Shown here: one piece after another, positions 49,452 through 58,209 of the stretch
How positions within the stretch are numbered: position 1 is the first letter of the stretch
Layout of the letters: each line of letters starts with the position of its first letter
Assembly (NCBI GenBank): GCA_016929245.1
Contig: JAFGJE010000251.1
Location: forward strand, 1-62,062
From: Phycisphaerae bacterium
Lineage (GTDB): Bacteria; Planctomycetota; Phycisphaerae; SM23-33
Direction of reading: 5' to 3'
DNA length: 62,062 nt
The notes under the pieces: generated by a model
Told to the model about the DNA's origin: nothing
Seen by the model: the letters and a program-made list of their open reading frames with translations, nothing else
The model's database searches: none
Translations under genes and position numbers: made by a program

Positions 49452-49540
49452 AATGCTCGGTGGAGCACCTGCTCCACCGAGTTCTTATGATCTTGGACAA
49501 TTAAAAAAAACCTGGCGGAGCAGGTGCTCCGCCAGGCGTT
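49452..49540. repeat. Inverted doublet of covarying 11-bp hairpins
   Basis: AATG-CTCGGTGGAGC-ACCT-GCTCCACCGAG and, on the reverse strand, AACG-CCTGGCGGAGC-ACCT-GCTCCGCCAGG. Confidence 0.8.
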
Positions 49541-49556
49541 GGTTGTGTTGTCTTTT

Positions 49557-49582
49557 AATCCGCATTTCGCAATCCGCAATTC
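49557..49582 (-). repeat. Family C copy C4
   Basis: Reverse complement GAATTGCGGATTGCGAAATGCGGATT immediately after the rnfB stop. Confidence 0.75.
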
Positions 49583-50506
49583 CTACCCCTGCCACTCGGT
49601 CTTATCGACGGTGGTCTCGAATTTCGCCTGGACGATGTCGGGCAGTTCTTCGTCCTGGACGGCCTGGAGGTCTTCGGGGGAAGGTTTGCCGATCTTGACG
49701 AGACTTTTCATGGGGCACTTTTCCAGCACGAGGGACATAACGTCGTCGATCTGATCGGGGTCGTACTTGTCGTAGTCGATGACGGCTACGTTGTCCTTCA
49801 CCTCGAACAGGCCGTTCGAGACGCGCGTGCAGGCTTTGCAGCCGATGCAGCCGACTTTGCAGACGGCGCGGACGTCCTTTCCGAAGTCCTTGTTGCTGCA
49901 CGCCACGACGTACATCTGTTCGGCTTTGAAGGGCACCATGGAGATCACGTTTCGCGGGCAGACCTTCGCGCAGGCGCCGCAGCCGACGCATTTGTCGTAG
50001 TCGATTTCGATCTTTCCGTTCACGAGGTGGATCGCGTCGAACTTGCAGGCCCGGACGCAATCGCCGAAGGCGAGGCAGCCGTAGGTGCAACCCATCACGC
50101 CGGCGACGAGATTCGCCGTCGCGCAGGTTGGTTCGCCGCGATATTCGTTGCGGCCCAGTTTCTGATCGCGCGTCGCGGCGCAGTGGACGGCCGGTCGGTA
50201 GGGGCAGCTTTCGTCGAGTTTGATTCCCAGGATGTGCGCGATCGCTTCGGCGACGGCCGACCCGCCGACGGGGCAGAGGTTCGCCGCCGCACCGGCGTGG
50301 ACGACGGCTTCGGCGTATTCCATGCAGCCGACGAATCCGCACCCGCCGCAGTTGGCGCCCGGAAGGGCGGCGTTGACTTTCTCGATGCGGGGATCGACTT
50401 CGACTTTCAGCGCCTGGTTCGCCCAGCCCAGAACATACGCCATCACCAGCGATAAGATCAGCATCGCGCCGGCGGCCATCATAAGAATTATCGCGGTCGC
50501 ACCCAT
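49583..50506 (-). CDS. rnfB: Rnf complex subunit B
   Basis: LPGANCGGCGFVGC, CPVGG, GCTYGCLAFGDCVRAC, CVGCGACAKVCP, CIGCKAC. Confidence 0.93.
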   Translation of the reverse strand: MGATAIILMMAAGAMLILSLVMAYVLGWANQALKVEVDPRIEKVNAALPGANCGGCGFVGCMEYAEAVVHAGAAANLCPVGGSAVAEAIAHILGIKLDESCPYRPAVHCAATRDQKLGRNEYRGEPTCATANLVAGVMGCTYGCLAFGDCVRACKFDAIHLVNGKIEIDYDKCVGCGACAKVCPRNVISMVPFKAEQMYVVACSNKDFGKDVRAVCKVGCIGCKACTRVSNGLFEVKDNVAVIDYDKYDPDQIDDVMSLVLEKCPMKSLVKIGKPSPEDLQAVQDEELPDIVQAKFETTVDKTEWQG

Positions 50507-50509
50507 GGG

Positions 50510-51307
50510 TTATTTCGCTCCCTGCATTGTGATTTGCGTTTCGTTCGTGTCCGCGTTTGTGGTTTCCGCGGTTTGGGATTTTTTCCCGGCGTCGTCGGTC
50601 GTGCTCGCGGCCGCCGGCGCGGGGGTCAGAAGGTTCATCAGGTTCTTGTTCACGCCCGCGAAGGCCATGAACGCCATCGCGAGAATCGCCGCCACCAGCA
50701 GCGTGATCCCCGCGCCCCGCAGCGGTTTGGGCACGTCGCACAGGTCCAGTTCCTCGCGAATCCCGGCCATGATGACGATCGCGAGGGTAAAGCCCAACCC
50801 CGCGAAGACCGACAGCGTCAGCGATTGTCCCAGGTCCCACATCTGCGCGGGGGTGTCCGCGCCGACGACCATTTTCAGGATGTACAGACACGCGAACAGG
50901 ATCGCGCAGTTGGTGGTGATTAAGGGCAGGAACACGCCGAAACTTTTATACAGCGAGGGGAAGAATTTCCGCACGTACATTTCCACGAGCTGCACGCTGG
51001 AGGCGATCACGAAAATGTACACGAGGTAGTTCAGGATGCTCAAATCGCTGGGTCCTTCCCCGCCGAACAGGTGGTACACCGCCGTCGCCAGCGGCGCGTC
51101 GGGCCGCAGGACGTAGTACGTGAAGATCCAGCTGAGCGTGCCGGCGATCGCCATCACGAACGTCACCGCGCAGCCCATCCCGAAGGCCATGTCCACCCGG
51201 CGCGACACGCCGATAAACGGACAGATGCCGACGAAGTAGATCAGCACGAAGTTGTTGATAATCGCCGCCCCGACGGCGATCAGAAGCAATTCGGTAATGT
51301 ATTCCAT
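50510..51307 (-). CDS. rnfA: Rnf complex subunit A
   Basis: [41 protein letters not shown]. Confidence 0.93.
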   Translation of the reverse strand: MEYITELLLIAVGAAIINNFVLIYFVGICPFIGVSRRVDMAFGMGCAVTFVMAIAGTLSWIFTYYVLRPDAPLATAVYHLFGGEGPSDLSILNYLVYIFVIASSVQLVEMYVRKFFPSLYKSFGVFLPLITTNCAILFACLYILKMVVGADTPAQMWDLGQSLTLSVFAGLGFTLAIVIMAGIREELDLCDVPKPLRGAGITLLVAAILAMAFMAFAGVNKNLMNLLTPAPAAASTTDDAGKKSQTAETTNADTNETQITMQGAK

Positions 51308-51344
51308 GATTTTGTCTTTCTTCTATTATCAATCGTGCGATGAG

Positions 51345-51388
51345 CGTGGTTGCTCCATCCCTTCGGGATTCCGCGAACCACGGCGCCC
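51345..51388. repeat. Family D copy D3
   Basis: CGTGGTTGCTCCATCCCTTCGGGATTCCGCGAACCACGGCGCCC; 40/44 identical to 16748-16791. Confidence 0.85.
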
Positions 51389-51402
51389 ATAATCAAATCA
51401 TT

Positions 51403-51443
51403 TTCGTCTTATTCGTCTTCATTCGCGAAATTCGCGTTCTCTT
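51403..51443 (-). repeat. Family G arm (ACGAATAAG-type units), single
   Basis: TTCGTCTTATTCGTCTTCATTCGCGAAATTCGCGTTCTCTT; matches the arms at 53868-53961 and 55904-56056. Confidence 0.8.
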
Positions 51444-51455
51444 CTTTCCAATTTT

Positions 51456-52100
51456 CTACGCCGCCTGGGCTTTCTTTTTTCCCGCCATCGCGTCGCCGAT
51501 CCAGTTTCCCGCGCCCAGCAGGAATCCGAGCGTCAGGAACGCCCCGGGCGGTAAGGCCATCAGCGCCCAACGGAATTTTTCGCCCGGTGTTCCCGCCAGC
51601 CAGAACATGTGGATGTCGAACCAGCTGCCCGTGGCGAGAATTTCCCGCACCGTCGCCATTGACGCCAGGCCCAGGGCGAATCCGAGGGAATTGCCCACGG
51701 CGTCGCAGATCGCCGTCCAGACGCCCTGCTTGGAAGCGCAGACTTCGCACCGGCAGATGATGAGGCAGTTGACGATAATCAGCGGGATGTACGGCCCGAG
51801 CTGTTTGCTCATGTCATACATGTAGGCCGCCAGCACCCGGTCCGCGATGGTCACGAATGTGGCGATCGTCAGCACGAAGACCAGGATGCGCAGGTGGGCC
51901 TTGAGCTGGTTGCGGATCATCGCGGTGATGATATTCGCGCAGATCAGCACGAAGCCGGTCGCCGCGGCCATCGTCATGGCGCTCTTCATCGTCGCGGTGA
52001 CCGCCAGCGTCGGGCACATGCCCAGAATCTGCCGGTACACCGGGTTCTCCGGCAGGATGCCGTTCCAAAACCGTTCCAGAGGTGCGGGTCCGTCGCTCAT
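51456..52100 (-). CDS. rnfE: Rnf complex subunit E
   Basis: ENPVYRQILGMCPTLAVT, IPLIIVNC, LPPGAFLTLG. Confidence 0.94.
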   Translation of the reverse strand: MSDGPAPLERFWNGILPENPVYRQILGMCPTLAVTATMKSAMTMAAATGFVLICANIITAMIRNQLKAHLRILVFVLTIATFVTIADRVLAAYMYDMSKQLGPYIPLIIVNCLIICRCEVCASKQGVWTAICDAVGNSLGFALGLASMATVREILATGSWFDIHMFWLAGTPGEKFRWALMALPPGAFLTLGFLLGAGNWIGDAMAGKKKAQAA

Positions 52101-52112
52101 ATTTGGTAATCC

Positions 52113-52673
52113 TTATTTCGTCTCGGCCGCGAGGTTCTTGGCGAACGTCTCGGCGGCTTTGTTCACAATGTCCGTCAGGGAGGTCGAGGAAATCGTCGCG
52201 CCGGAAATGGCTTCGATTTCATTTTCCTTCGTCGGTTGGGTTTTCACGACCGTCAGCGGCGGCAGGACGTTTTTCCCGACGTATTGCTTGTTCCAGTCGG
52301 TGGTGATCTTGCTGCCGAGATTGGGCGTTTCCTTCTGGTCGAGGATGTAAATGCCCGTGATCTTCGTCGCGTCGGCGTTCAAGCCCAGCAGCGCCTTGAT
52401 CGCGTCGGCGTAGCCCATGCCCGAAGCGGTAATCACCCAACCGACGTGCCGGTTCCGCGCGTCATACACCTTCAAAACCGTCTGCCCGGCGACGATCTCT
52501 TCCTTCGTGTCGGCAGCCGATCCGCCGGGCACGAGATTGGCGATCTGGCCGAAAGTTTCGTTCTTCTGGTTCTCCGCGATCTTCGGTCCCAACGCGCGGT
52601 CCACCGCCGCCAGCCCGACACCGAAGACCGTCGCCAGCACCAATACCAGCCAGCCTTGTTTCAGAAATTTCAC
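52113..52673 (-). CDS. rnfG: Rnf complex subunit G (FMN-binding)
   Basis: GMGYADAI, QKETPNLGSKI, FMN motif ISGATISS. Confidence 0.92.
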   Translation of the reverse strand: MKFLKQGWLVLVLATVFGVGLAAVDRALGPKIAENQKNETFGQIANLVPGGSAADTKEEIVAGQTVLKVYDARNRHVGWVITASGMGYADAIKALLGLNADATKITGIYILDQKETPNLGSKITTDWNKQYVGKNVLPPLTVVKTQPTKENEIEAISGATISSTSLTDIVNKAAETFAKNLAAETK

Positions 52674-52754
52674 TGTGCCTATTCTCCAAAAATGAACTCT
52701 TATTTTCTTCTATTGTTTGAATATTGATTTATTGTTTATTGAATATTTATCCAG

Positions 52755-53828
52755 CTATTTCGCTCCCAACGGTTTGGGCACGGTCCAGCGGTTGATCAGG
52801 GGCGTTACGGCGTTCATCAGCAGCACGGCGAACATCACGCCTTCGGGATAGACGCTCAACAGCCGGATGATCATCACGAAAACGCCCACACCCAGACCGA
52901 AGATGAACTTGCCTTTCGGCGTGATGGGACTCGTGACCGGGTCGGTGGCGATGAAAAACGCGCCGAACAGCACCGCGCCGCCGAGAAGTTCGTGCAGCAG
53001 TGTCCAGGCGGCCCCGGAATCGCAAAGGTTCGCGATACCGGCGATAACCGCCACGGCGATCAACATGCCCGTGGGAATCTGCCAGCTCGCGGTTTTTCGC
53101 AGACACAGGAACACCCCGCCGATCAGGCACGCCAGCGCGCTGGTTTCGCCCAGCGAACCGATGGTGTTTCCGAGGAACAACGCCGAAAGCATCGTCGAAC
53201 GGTTGGATTCCTTCCAGGCCGTCATGGGCGTGGCGTTGGAGGTCGCGTCGATGTGGTCGTCCGCGTTCGCGGCGATCAGCGTTTGCGAGGGGGCCGCGTG
53301 TACGCTTTCAAGCCAGGGCATTTTGTCCAGGTGCTGCACGTAGGCCGGCGCGCCGACCGCTCCGGCGAAGGACAGCATCACGAACGCCCGTCCGACCATC
53401 GCGGGGTTGAAGATATTCTGCCCCAACCCGCCGAAGATCACCTTGCCCACCACGATCGCCACCGCCGATCCGATGATCGGAACGAAAACGGGCATGTTCC
53501 ACGGCAGGGACAGCGCGAGGATCACGCCGGTAATGACCGCCGAGAAATCCAGAATCGGAATCGGCTTGCGACGGATCGCGGAACAGATCGCTTCGGTCAG
53601 GCAGCACGTGCCGACGCACAGGCCGAGTTGCTGCCAGGCGTACTGTCGGAAGATGATCGACGCGGCGACCACCACCGGCGCCAGTCCGATCAGCACGTCC
53701 ACCATCATGCGGCGGGTGGTGATGTTCGTGTCCTGCAAATGCGGGCCGGGCGCGACATGCAGCACCGGAGCGGGCTTGGACTCCGCCGCCGATTCCATCG
53801 TTTCGTTATTCTTCGCTTCTTCTTCCAT
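52755..53828 (-). CDS. rnfD: Rnf complex subunit D
   Basis: GPHLQD, SAVITG, FGGLGQNIFNPAMVGR, SNATPM, GSLGETS, FIATDPVTSP. Confidence 0.94.
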   Translation of the reverse strand: MEEEAKNNETMESAAESKPAPVLHVAPGPHLQDTNITTRRMMVDVLIGLAPVVVAASIIFRQYAWQQLGLCVGTCCLTEAICSAIRRKPIPILDFSAVITGVILALSLPWNMPVFVPIIGSAVAIVVGKVIFGGLGQNIFNPAMVGRAFVMLSFAGAVGAPAYVQHLDKMPWLESVHAAPSQTLIAANADDHIDATSNATPMTAWKESNRSTMLSALFLGNTIGSLGETSALACLIGGVFLCLRKTASWQIPTGMLIAVAVIAGIANLCDSGAAWTLLHELLGGAVLFGAFFIATDPVTSPITPKGKFIFGLGVGVFVMIIRLLSVYPEGVMFAVLLMNAVTPLINRWTVPKPLGAK

Positions 53829-53867
53829 AATGTTATCTTTATTCAGGTTCGTCCCAAGGATCAAATC

Positions 53868-53961
53868 AAGAGAACGCGAATAAGACGAATAAAACGAATT
53901 GTTTTCTATCCTAAAAAATATTCGTCTTATTCGTTCTTATTCGTCTTATTCGCGTTCTCTT
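53868..53961. repeat. Family G inverted doublet between rnfC and rnfD
   Basis: AAGAGAACGCGAATAAGACGAATAAAACGAAT versus the right-arm reverse complement AAGAGAACGCGAATAAGACGAATAAGAACGAATAAGACGAAT. Confidence 0.88.
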
Positions 53962-53976
53962 TTCTGTATTTTGTTT

Positions 53977-55332
53977 TTACTCTCTCGGCATCTGGGCTTT
54001 GCCCATGCGGATCAGTTGCACCAGGGGCAGGCTCGCGGGGCAGACGTACGCGCAACAGCCGCACTCGACGCACGAGGTGATGTGGTACTTTTTCGCCAGA
54101 TCCCAGTCCTTTCCGCGACTGGCCAGCGCGATGCGCGTCGGGACGAGGTGCATCGGGCAGGCGTCCACGCATCGCCCGCAGCGGACGCAGTTGGTTTCCG
54201 CGGGACGCCGGGTGTCTTCCTCGGTCAGCACCGTCACGCCGCTGGTGCCCTTCGTCACGGGCGTGTCGAGGTTGCCCAGCGTGAAACCCATCATAGGCCC
54301 GCCGGCGATGACGCGCGTGGCTGTGGGCTTCAGTCCGCCGCAGTAGTCGATCAGGTCCCGATAGCTCGCGCCGATGGGCGCCAGCAGGTTTTTCGGTTTT
54401 ACAATCCCCGCGCCGGTCACGCAGATCACGCGGTGGGTCAGCGGCTTGCCGCGAAGCACCGCCCGGGCCAAAGCAGCCGCGGTTCCGACGTTGATGACCA
54501 CCACGCCGACGTCCAGCGGCAGGCCTCCTTGCGGTACGATTCGCCCCAGCGCCGCGAAGATCGTCTGCTTCTCGCCGCCCTGGGGGTATTTCGTCTTGAG
54601 CACGACCACCCGCACGTCCGTGCCCTTGGCGGCCTGCTGAAGCGTGTCGACCGCGAGGGGTTTGTTGTCTTCCACGGCGATCAGGACGCGCTTGGCGCTA
54701 CAGGCCCGGGCCGCCAGCAACGCGCCGGTGATGATCGGCGCGGGCGTTTCGACCATCATCCGATAGTCCGCCGTCAGATACGGTTCGCACTCGCAGCCGT
54801 TCAGTAAAATCGTGTCGATGGGTTTTTCGGGATTGTATTTGAGTTTCACGTGGGTCGGAAACGCCGCTCCGCCCTGGCCGACGAGTCCGGCGGTTTTGGC
54901 GGCTTCGACGATCTTCTCCGGGGCGTACTGCTCCAACCCGCGGGTCGGCCAGTCCCCGCCGAGGACGTCCTTGAAAATTTCCTCCGCGGTGGGTTGCTCC
55001 TCGGCCGCCTTGATCGGAACCGCCGGTACGTGCCTGCCGTTGGGCAGCGTGGCGACGGACTGCATGCCGGCTGTCCCGTTGATGCCGGCGTGAATCGGCG
55101 CGGAGATGAACGCTTCGCTGTCGGCGATCCGTTCGCCGAGGGTCAGTTCCTGCTTGGGTTTGACTATTGATACGCAGGTCGCGCCGACGTGTTGCAGCAG
55201 GGGAATATTCACCTGCGCGGGCGTGGGGAGTACTTCAATCGCGGCGTCGGCCGCCAGTCCCTTTCGCTCCGGGGGGTGCACGCCGTGAGGGAACGTGCCC
55301 TCGCCGGAGAAAGTCGTCGCCGTTCTGGTCAT
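53977..55332 (-). CDS. rnfC: Rnf complex subunit C
   Basis: FPHGVHP, GLVGQGGAAFPT, NGCECEPYLTAD, KYPQGGEKQ, GGPMMG, two 4Fe-4S motifs. Confidence 0.96.
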   Translation of the reverse strand: MTRTATTFSGEGTFPHGVHPPERKGLAADAAIEVLPTPAQVNIPLLQHVGATCVSIVKPKQELTLGERIADSEAFISAPIHAGINGTAGMQSVATLPNGRHVPAVPIKAAEEQPTAEEIFKDVLGGDWPTRGLEQYAPEKIVEAAKTAGLVGQGGAAFPTHVKLKYNPEKPIDTILLNGCECEPYLTADYRMMVETPAPIITGALLAARACSAKRVLIAVEDNKPLAVDTLQQAAKGTDVRVVVLKTKYPQGGEKQTIFAALGRIVPQGGLPLDVGVVVINVGTAAALARAVLRGKPLTHRVICVTGAGIVKPKNLLAPIGASYRDLIDYCGGLKPTATRVIAGGPMMGFTLGNLDTPVTKGTSGVTVLTEEDTRRPAETNCVRCGRCVDACPMHLVPTRIALASRGKDWDLAKKYHITSCVECGCCAYVCPASLPLVQLIRMGKAQMPRE

Positions 55333-55397
55333 AATAATCCGGTATCCTTATTCATGGAATGCAATCCTGGTGATTTGAGTTTACCATATGAAATCAT

Positions 55398-55484
55398 CCA
55401 CGGATTACACGGATTACAACGGATTGCACGGATTATTTTTAATAAAAAATCCGTGTAATCGTCTTTTAATCCGGTTAATCCGTG
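55398..55484. repeat. Family H inverted doublet (CACGGATTA units)
   Basis: CCACGGATTACACGGATTACAACGGATTGCACGGATT and AATCCGTGTAATCGTCTTTTAATCCGGTTAATCCGTG; the right arm overlaps the stop of the upstream minus-strand gene. Confidence 0.85.
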
Positions 55485-55789
55485 AAGTCTGTATTGTGTT
55501 TTCCTTTTCGCTTCAGCACGCGCGTCGCCGCGCCGGCCAGGATCATCCCGACGACGAACCCCGCCGTCGCGCCGAGCAGTTGGCTGTTCGGATCCCTGCC
55601 GATCATCGCCGCTCCGAGAATCGCCAGTCCCACCGGCAGGAGGAACACGAAAAACGCCGCGATCGCCAGCGGCCAGCCGGTCAACCCGTCGCCGGGGGCG
55701 ATGCGGGGCATGTCGTGCGAATGTCCGCAGCCGCCGCAGGCGTCGCAGGAGGTTCCGTCGTCAGATTGTTCTACCGGCGGAGTTTTCAT
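55475..55789 (-). CDS. RseC/SoxR-reducing-system-like small membrane protein
   Basis: CDACGGC followed by two TM helices (AAFFVFLLP), immediately upstream of rnfC; start position uncertain. Confidence 0.6.
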   Translation of the reverse strand: MKTPPVEQSDDGTSCDACGGCGHSHDMPRIAPGDGLTGWPLAIAAFFVFLLPVGLAILGAAMIGRDPNSQLLGATAGFVVGMILAGAATRVLKRKGKHNTDFTD

Positions 55790-55903
55790 AAGTATCTCAC
55801 GTGAAAACATCATCGCGGAAAACGCAAGAGTGTAACAGGCCCCACGAGTCCTGTAAAGACGTTTGCCGCGGGCAATTCGGGAGGGTATCCTATCCATGAG
55901 CAG

Positions 55904-56056
55904 GAGAACGCGAATAAGACGAATGAAGACGAATAAGACGAATTTGGTTTTTTTACTTCTGCTTGGCGGGACGGACCTTTCCATGAGGGAGTTCCCCCCC
56001 CCCCACAAAAAAATTGATTCGTCTTATTCGTCTTCATTCGAGAAATTAGCGTTCTC
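55904..56056. repeat. Family G inverted doublet upstream of ispD
   Basis: GAGAACGCGAATAAGACGAATGAAGACGAATAAGACGAAT ... ATTCGTCTTATTCGTCTTCATTCGAGAAATTAGCGTTCTC; the loop contains an 11-C run. Confidence 0.85.
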
Positions 56057-56077
56057 TTACAAGTAGGAGTGCTGATT

Positions 56078-56815
56078 ATGGCGAAAGTCGCGGTGATCGT
56101 CCCCGGGGCCGGCGCCGGTGAGCGTTTCGGCGGGAAACGGAACAAGATTTTCGAGAAGGTCAGGGATCAACCGATGTTCATCCGGACGCTGGAGATCTTC
56201 ACGGGCCATCGCGACGTGATCCAGACGATTTTCGTCTGTTCGGCTGCGGACCTGGACGAGGTGAAGGAACGATTCGGCGGACATTTGAGTTTCATGGGCG
56301 CTACCGTCGTCGAAGGCGGCAAGACGCGCACCGAATCGGTGCGCAACGCGCTGGCGAAGGTATCTGAAGAGGCGGAACTGGTCGCGGTGCATGACGCGGC
56401 CCGGCCTTGCGTCTCACGCGTGTGGGTGGACGCGGTGTTCGCCCAGGCCGCCAAAACCGGGGCGGCCTTGCTCGCGTTACCGCTGCACGGAACGCTCAAA
56501 CGGGTCGCCGATTCGGGAGTTGTCGATTCAACTCTCCCGCGAGCGGAATATAAAAACCTCTGGGAAGCCCAGACACCGCAGGTGTTCTCGAAAACGATTC
56601 TGGAAAAAGCGTACGCTTCGGGACAAGACGCGACCGACGACGCGGCCCTCGTCGAAGCGCTGGGCCGGCCCGTCAGCGTCGTACCTGGCGACCCGCGAAA
56701 CATCAAAGTCACCACCCCCGCGGACCTCGCCTTCGCCAACGCCGTCGCGAACACCCTCCCCAAGCCCCGCGACCTGGGCGCGCTGCATCCGTTCCAGGAA
56801 GATTTGCGGTTATAA
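56078..56815 (+). CDS. ispD: 2-C-methyl-D-erythritol 4-phosphate cytidylyltransferase
   Basis: GAGAGERFGG..K, GGKTRTESV, VAVHDAARP, AQTPQVF, TDDA, NIKVTTPADL; AGGAG ribosome-binding site. Confidence 0.93.
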   Translation: MAKVAVIVPGAGAGERFGGKRNKIFEKVRDQPMFIRTLEIFTGHRDVIQTIFVCSAADLDEVKERFGGHLSFMGATVVEGGKTRTESVRNALAKVSEEAELVAVHDAARPCVSRVWVDAVFAQAAKTGAALLALPLHGTLKRVADSGVVDSTLPRAEYKNLWEAQTPQVFSKTILEKAYASGQDATDDAALVEALGRPVSVVPGDPRNIKVTTPADLAFANAVANTLPKPRDLGALHPFQEDLRL

Positions 56816-56865
56816 GGAAGGCGGCGGGGAGCGGGAATCGGCAGCGGGAAGAAAGAATGAAAGCG

Positions 56866-56919
56866 AACACCGCCAAACGGCAAGGGGATTTTCGTGTCGG
56901 CTAGCCGTTTGGCGGCGTT
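56866..56919. repeat. 16-bp inverted repeat between convergent genes (REP-like or bidirectional terminator)
   Basis: AACACCGCCAAACGGC ... GCCGTTTGGCGGCGTT (15/16 match). Confidence 0.6.
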
Positions 56920-56978
56920 ATGAAAAATACGATTCGGACCTGTTCCTAAGGCCTGTCCCGCCAGGCGAATTGTAAGGG

Positions 56979-57587
56979 TCAATTTCTTTTCCGTCGTCGC
57001 AACGCCAATGCGCCGAATCCCAGCAGCGTCAGCGTCGTCGGTTCGGGAGTCGCGCCGGCTTTGATGGGAGTATCTACTTCCGTTTCATACGCATAGCCGG
57101 ATATGAACAGCTTATTGGCGTTTCTATCGTATTGGGCCGCGATCCAGCCGTAATGCGTTTGGCTGTCCAGTTTGAAACTGACGCCAAGATAATAAAGGGA
57201 ACCATTCTCCCAGTCACCTATGGGATCATCGTTATGCACGACAACCAGATTCTTTGTTCCTCCACCTCCGCTAAGATCGCCGGGAATGTCGTCATCGAAA
57301 TCATACGCCGTCGCATAAAACCCACCGGCGACCCATGGGCTGTAAGAGCTTTCGGTGTTGGTGACGATCGTAAAATGATCGTCGTTATCGTAAAAATCAT
57401 ATTTCATGTTGAACTGTCGTTCTTCTTCAGCCAGGAATTTGATTTCGAGATTGTTGTTTTCCGACCAGACGGCGGTGTCCGTAATGTCGGTGTATTGGAT
57501 TTTGGCTTCGGCGGAATTTCCGCTTCCTAAAAGCAAAGCCGTCACGAGCAGACACGATACATACAGCGATACTCTGTGGTGGAACAT
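56979..57587 (-). CDS. PEP-CTERM sorting domain protein
   Basis: AGGAGG ribosome-binding site, signal peptide, C-terminal TPEPTTLTLLGFGALALRRRKRN. Confidence 0.9.
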   Translation of the reverse strand: MFHHRVSLYVSCLLVTALLLGSGNSAEAKIQYTDITDTAVWSENNNLEIKFLAEEERQFNMKYDFYDNDDHFTIVTNTESSYSPWVAGGFYATAYDFDDDIPGDLSGGGGTKNLVVVHNDDPIGDWENGSLYYLGVSFKLDSQTHYGWIAAQYDRNANKLFISGYAYETEVDTPIKAGATPEPTTLTLLGFGALALRRRKRN

Positions 57588-57687
57588 GGTTTGTCCTCCT
57601 CTTGTCCTTTCCTCTAAAAAATGAGCCTCATGAGCCATTCACAAACGAGTCATTCGTGAAATAGTGTATAGAAGAAAAAGGGATTTG

Positions 57688-57903
57688 TCAAGAAGCGACG
57701 CGATGTTCTCCCGTCATCATTTGGTAGGAAAACTCATTGACATCGGTCTGCTGCGCGGCGTGTTCCACTGTCATGCTGACGACGTGGTTATCCTTATCCA
57801 CTTCCACGAGGACGTTTTCATTGAGATCGAACGTTTCGACGATTTCATTCCGGCTGAATGTCAGCAGCAAGGTGTCGGTATCCGGAAAATATTTCGCCTG
57901 CAT
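57688..57903 (-). CDS. DUF2283 domain protein (putative antitoxin)
   Basis: MQAKYFPDTDTLLLTF...ETFDLNENVLVEVDKDNHVVSMTVEHA. Confidence 0.85.
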   Translation of the reverse strand: MQAKYFPDTDTLLLTFSRNEIVETFDLNENVLVEVDKDNHVVSMTVEHAAQQTDVNEFSYQMMTGEHRVAS

Positions 57904-57968
57904 GATCTTTACTCCCGAAATCGTCTGGAAAAAAACGTGATACTTTTTTCAATCTGACCAATTTCCTG

Positions 57969-58182
57969 GTCCCGAAGGGACTGAAAGCATTTAGCCGGGG
58001 ATGAAGCGAAGCGAGTCCCCGGAATGCTTTTGTATCGGAGTCCCAACGGGACGACAGCAAACCAGAAACTTCATTCAGTATAACCGGATTGCTGTCGCCC
58101 CGTTGGGGCTCGAATCAATATAAATATCTCCGGGGGTTCGCTTCGCTCACCCCCGGCTAAACGCTCATCAGCCCTTTCGGGC
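57969..58182. repeat. Nested REPIN-like element (family K)
   Basis: Outer arms 57969-58023 and 58129-58182 (CCCGAAGGG..TTTAGCCGGGG..GCGAAGCG..CCCCGGA); inner arms 58038-58060 GAGTCCCAACGGGACGACAGCAA and 58089-58111 TTGCTGTCGCCCCGTTGGGGCTC. Confidence 0.85.
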
Positions 58183-58209
58183 TTCAAAACCGGTCTAGTT
58201 TGAGATTTA

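Noticed and set aside
52711-52749. TATTG quasi-repeat between rnfD and rnfG
   Set aside because: Spacing is irregular (11, 8, 7, 7) in AT-rich DNA, too weak to call a heptamer array.
55994-56004. 11-C homopolymer as a phase-variation switch
   Set aside because: It lies in the loop of a family G doublet with no identifiable promoter elements; it may also be a sequencing artefact.
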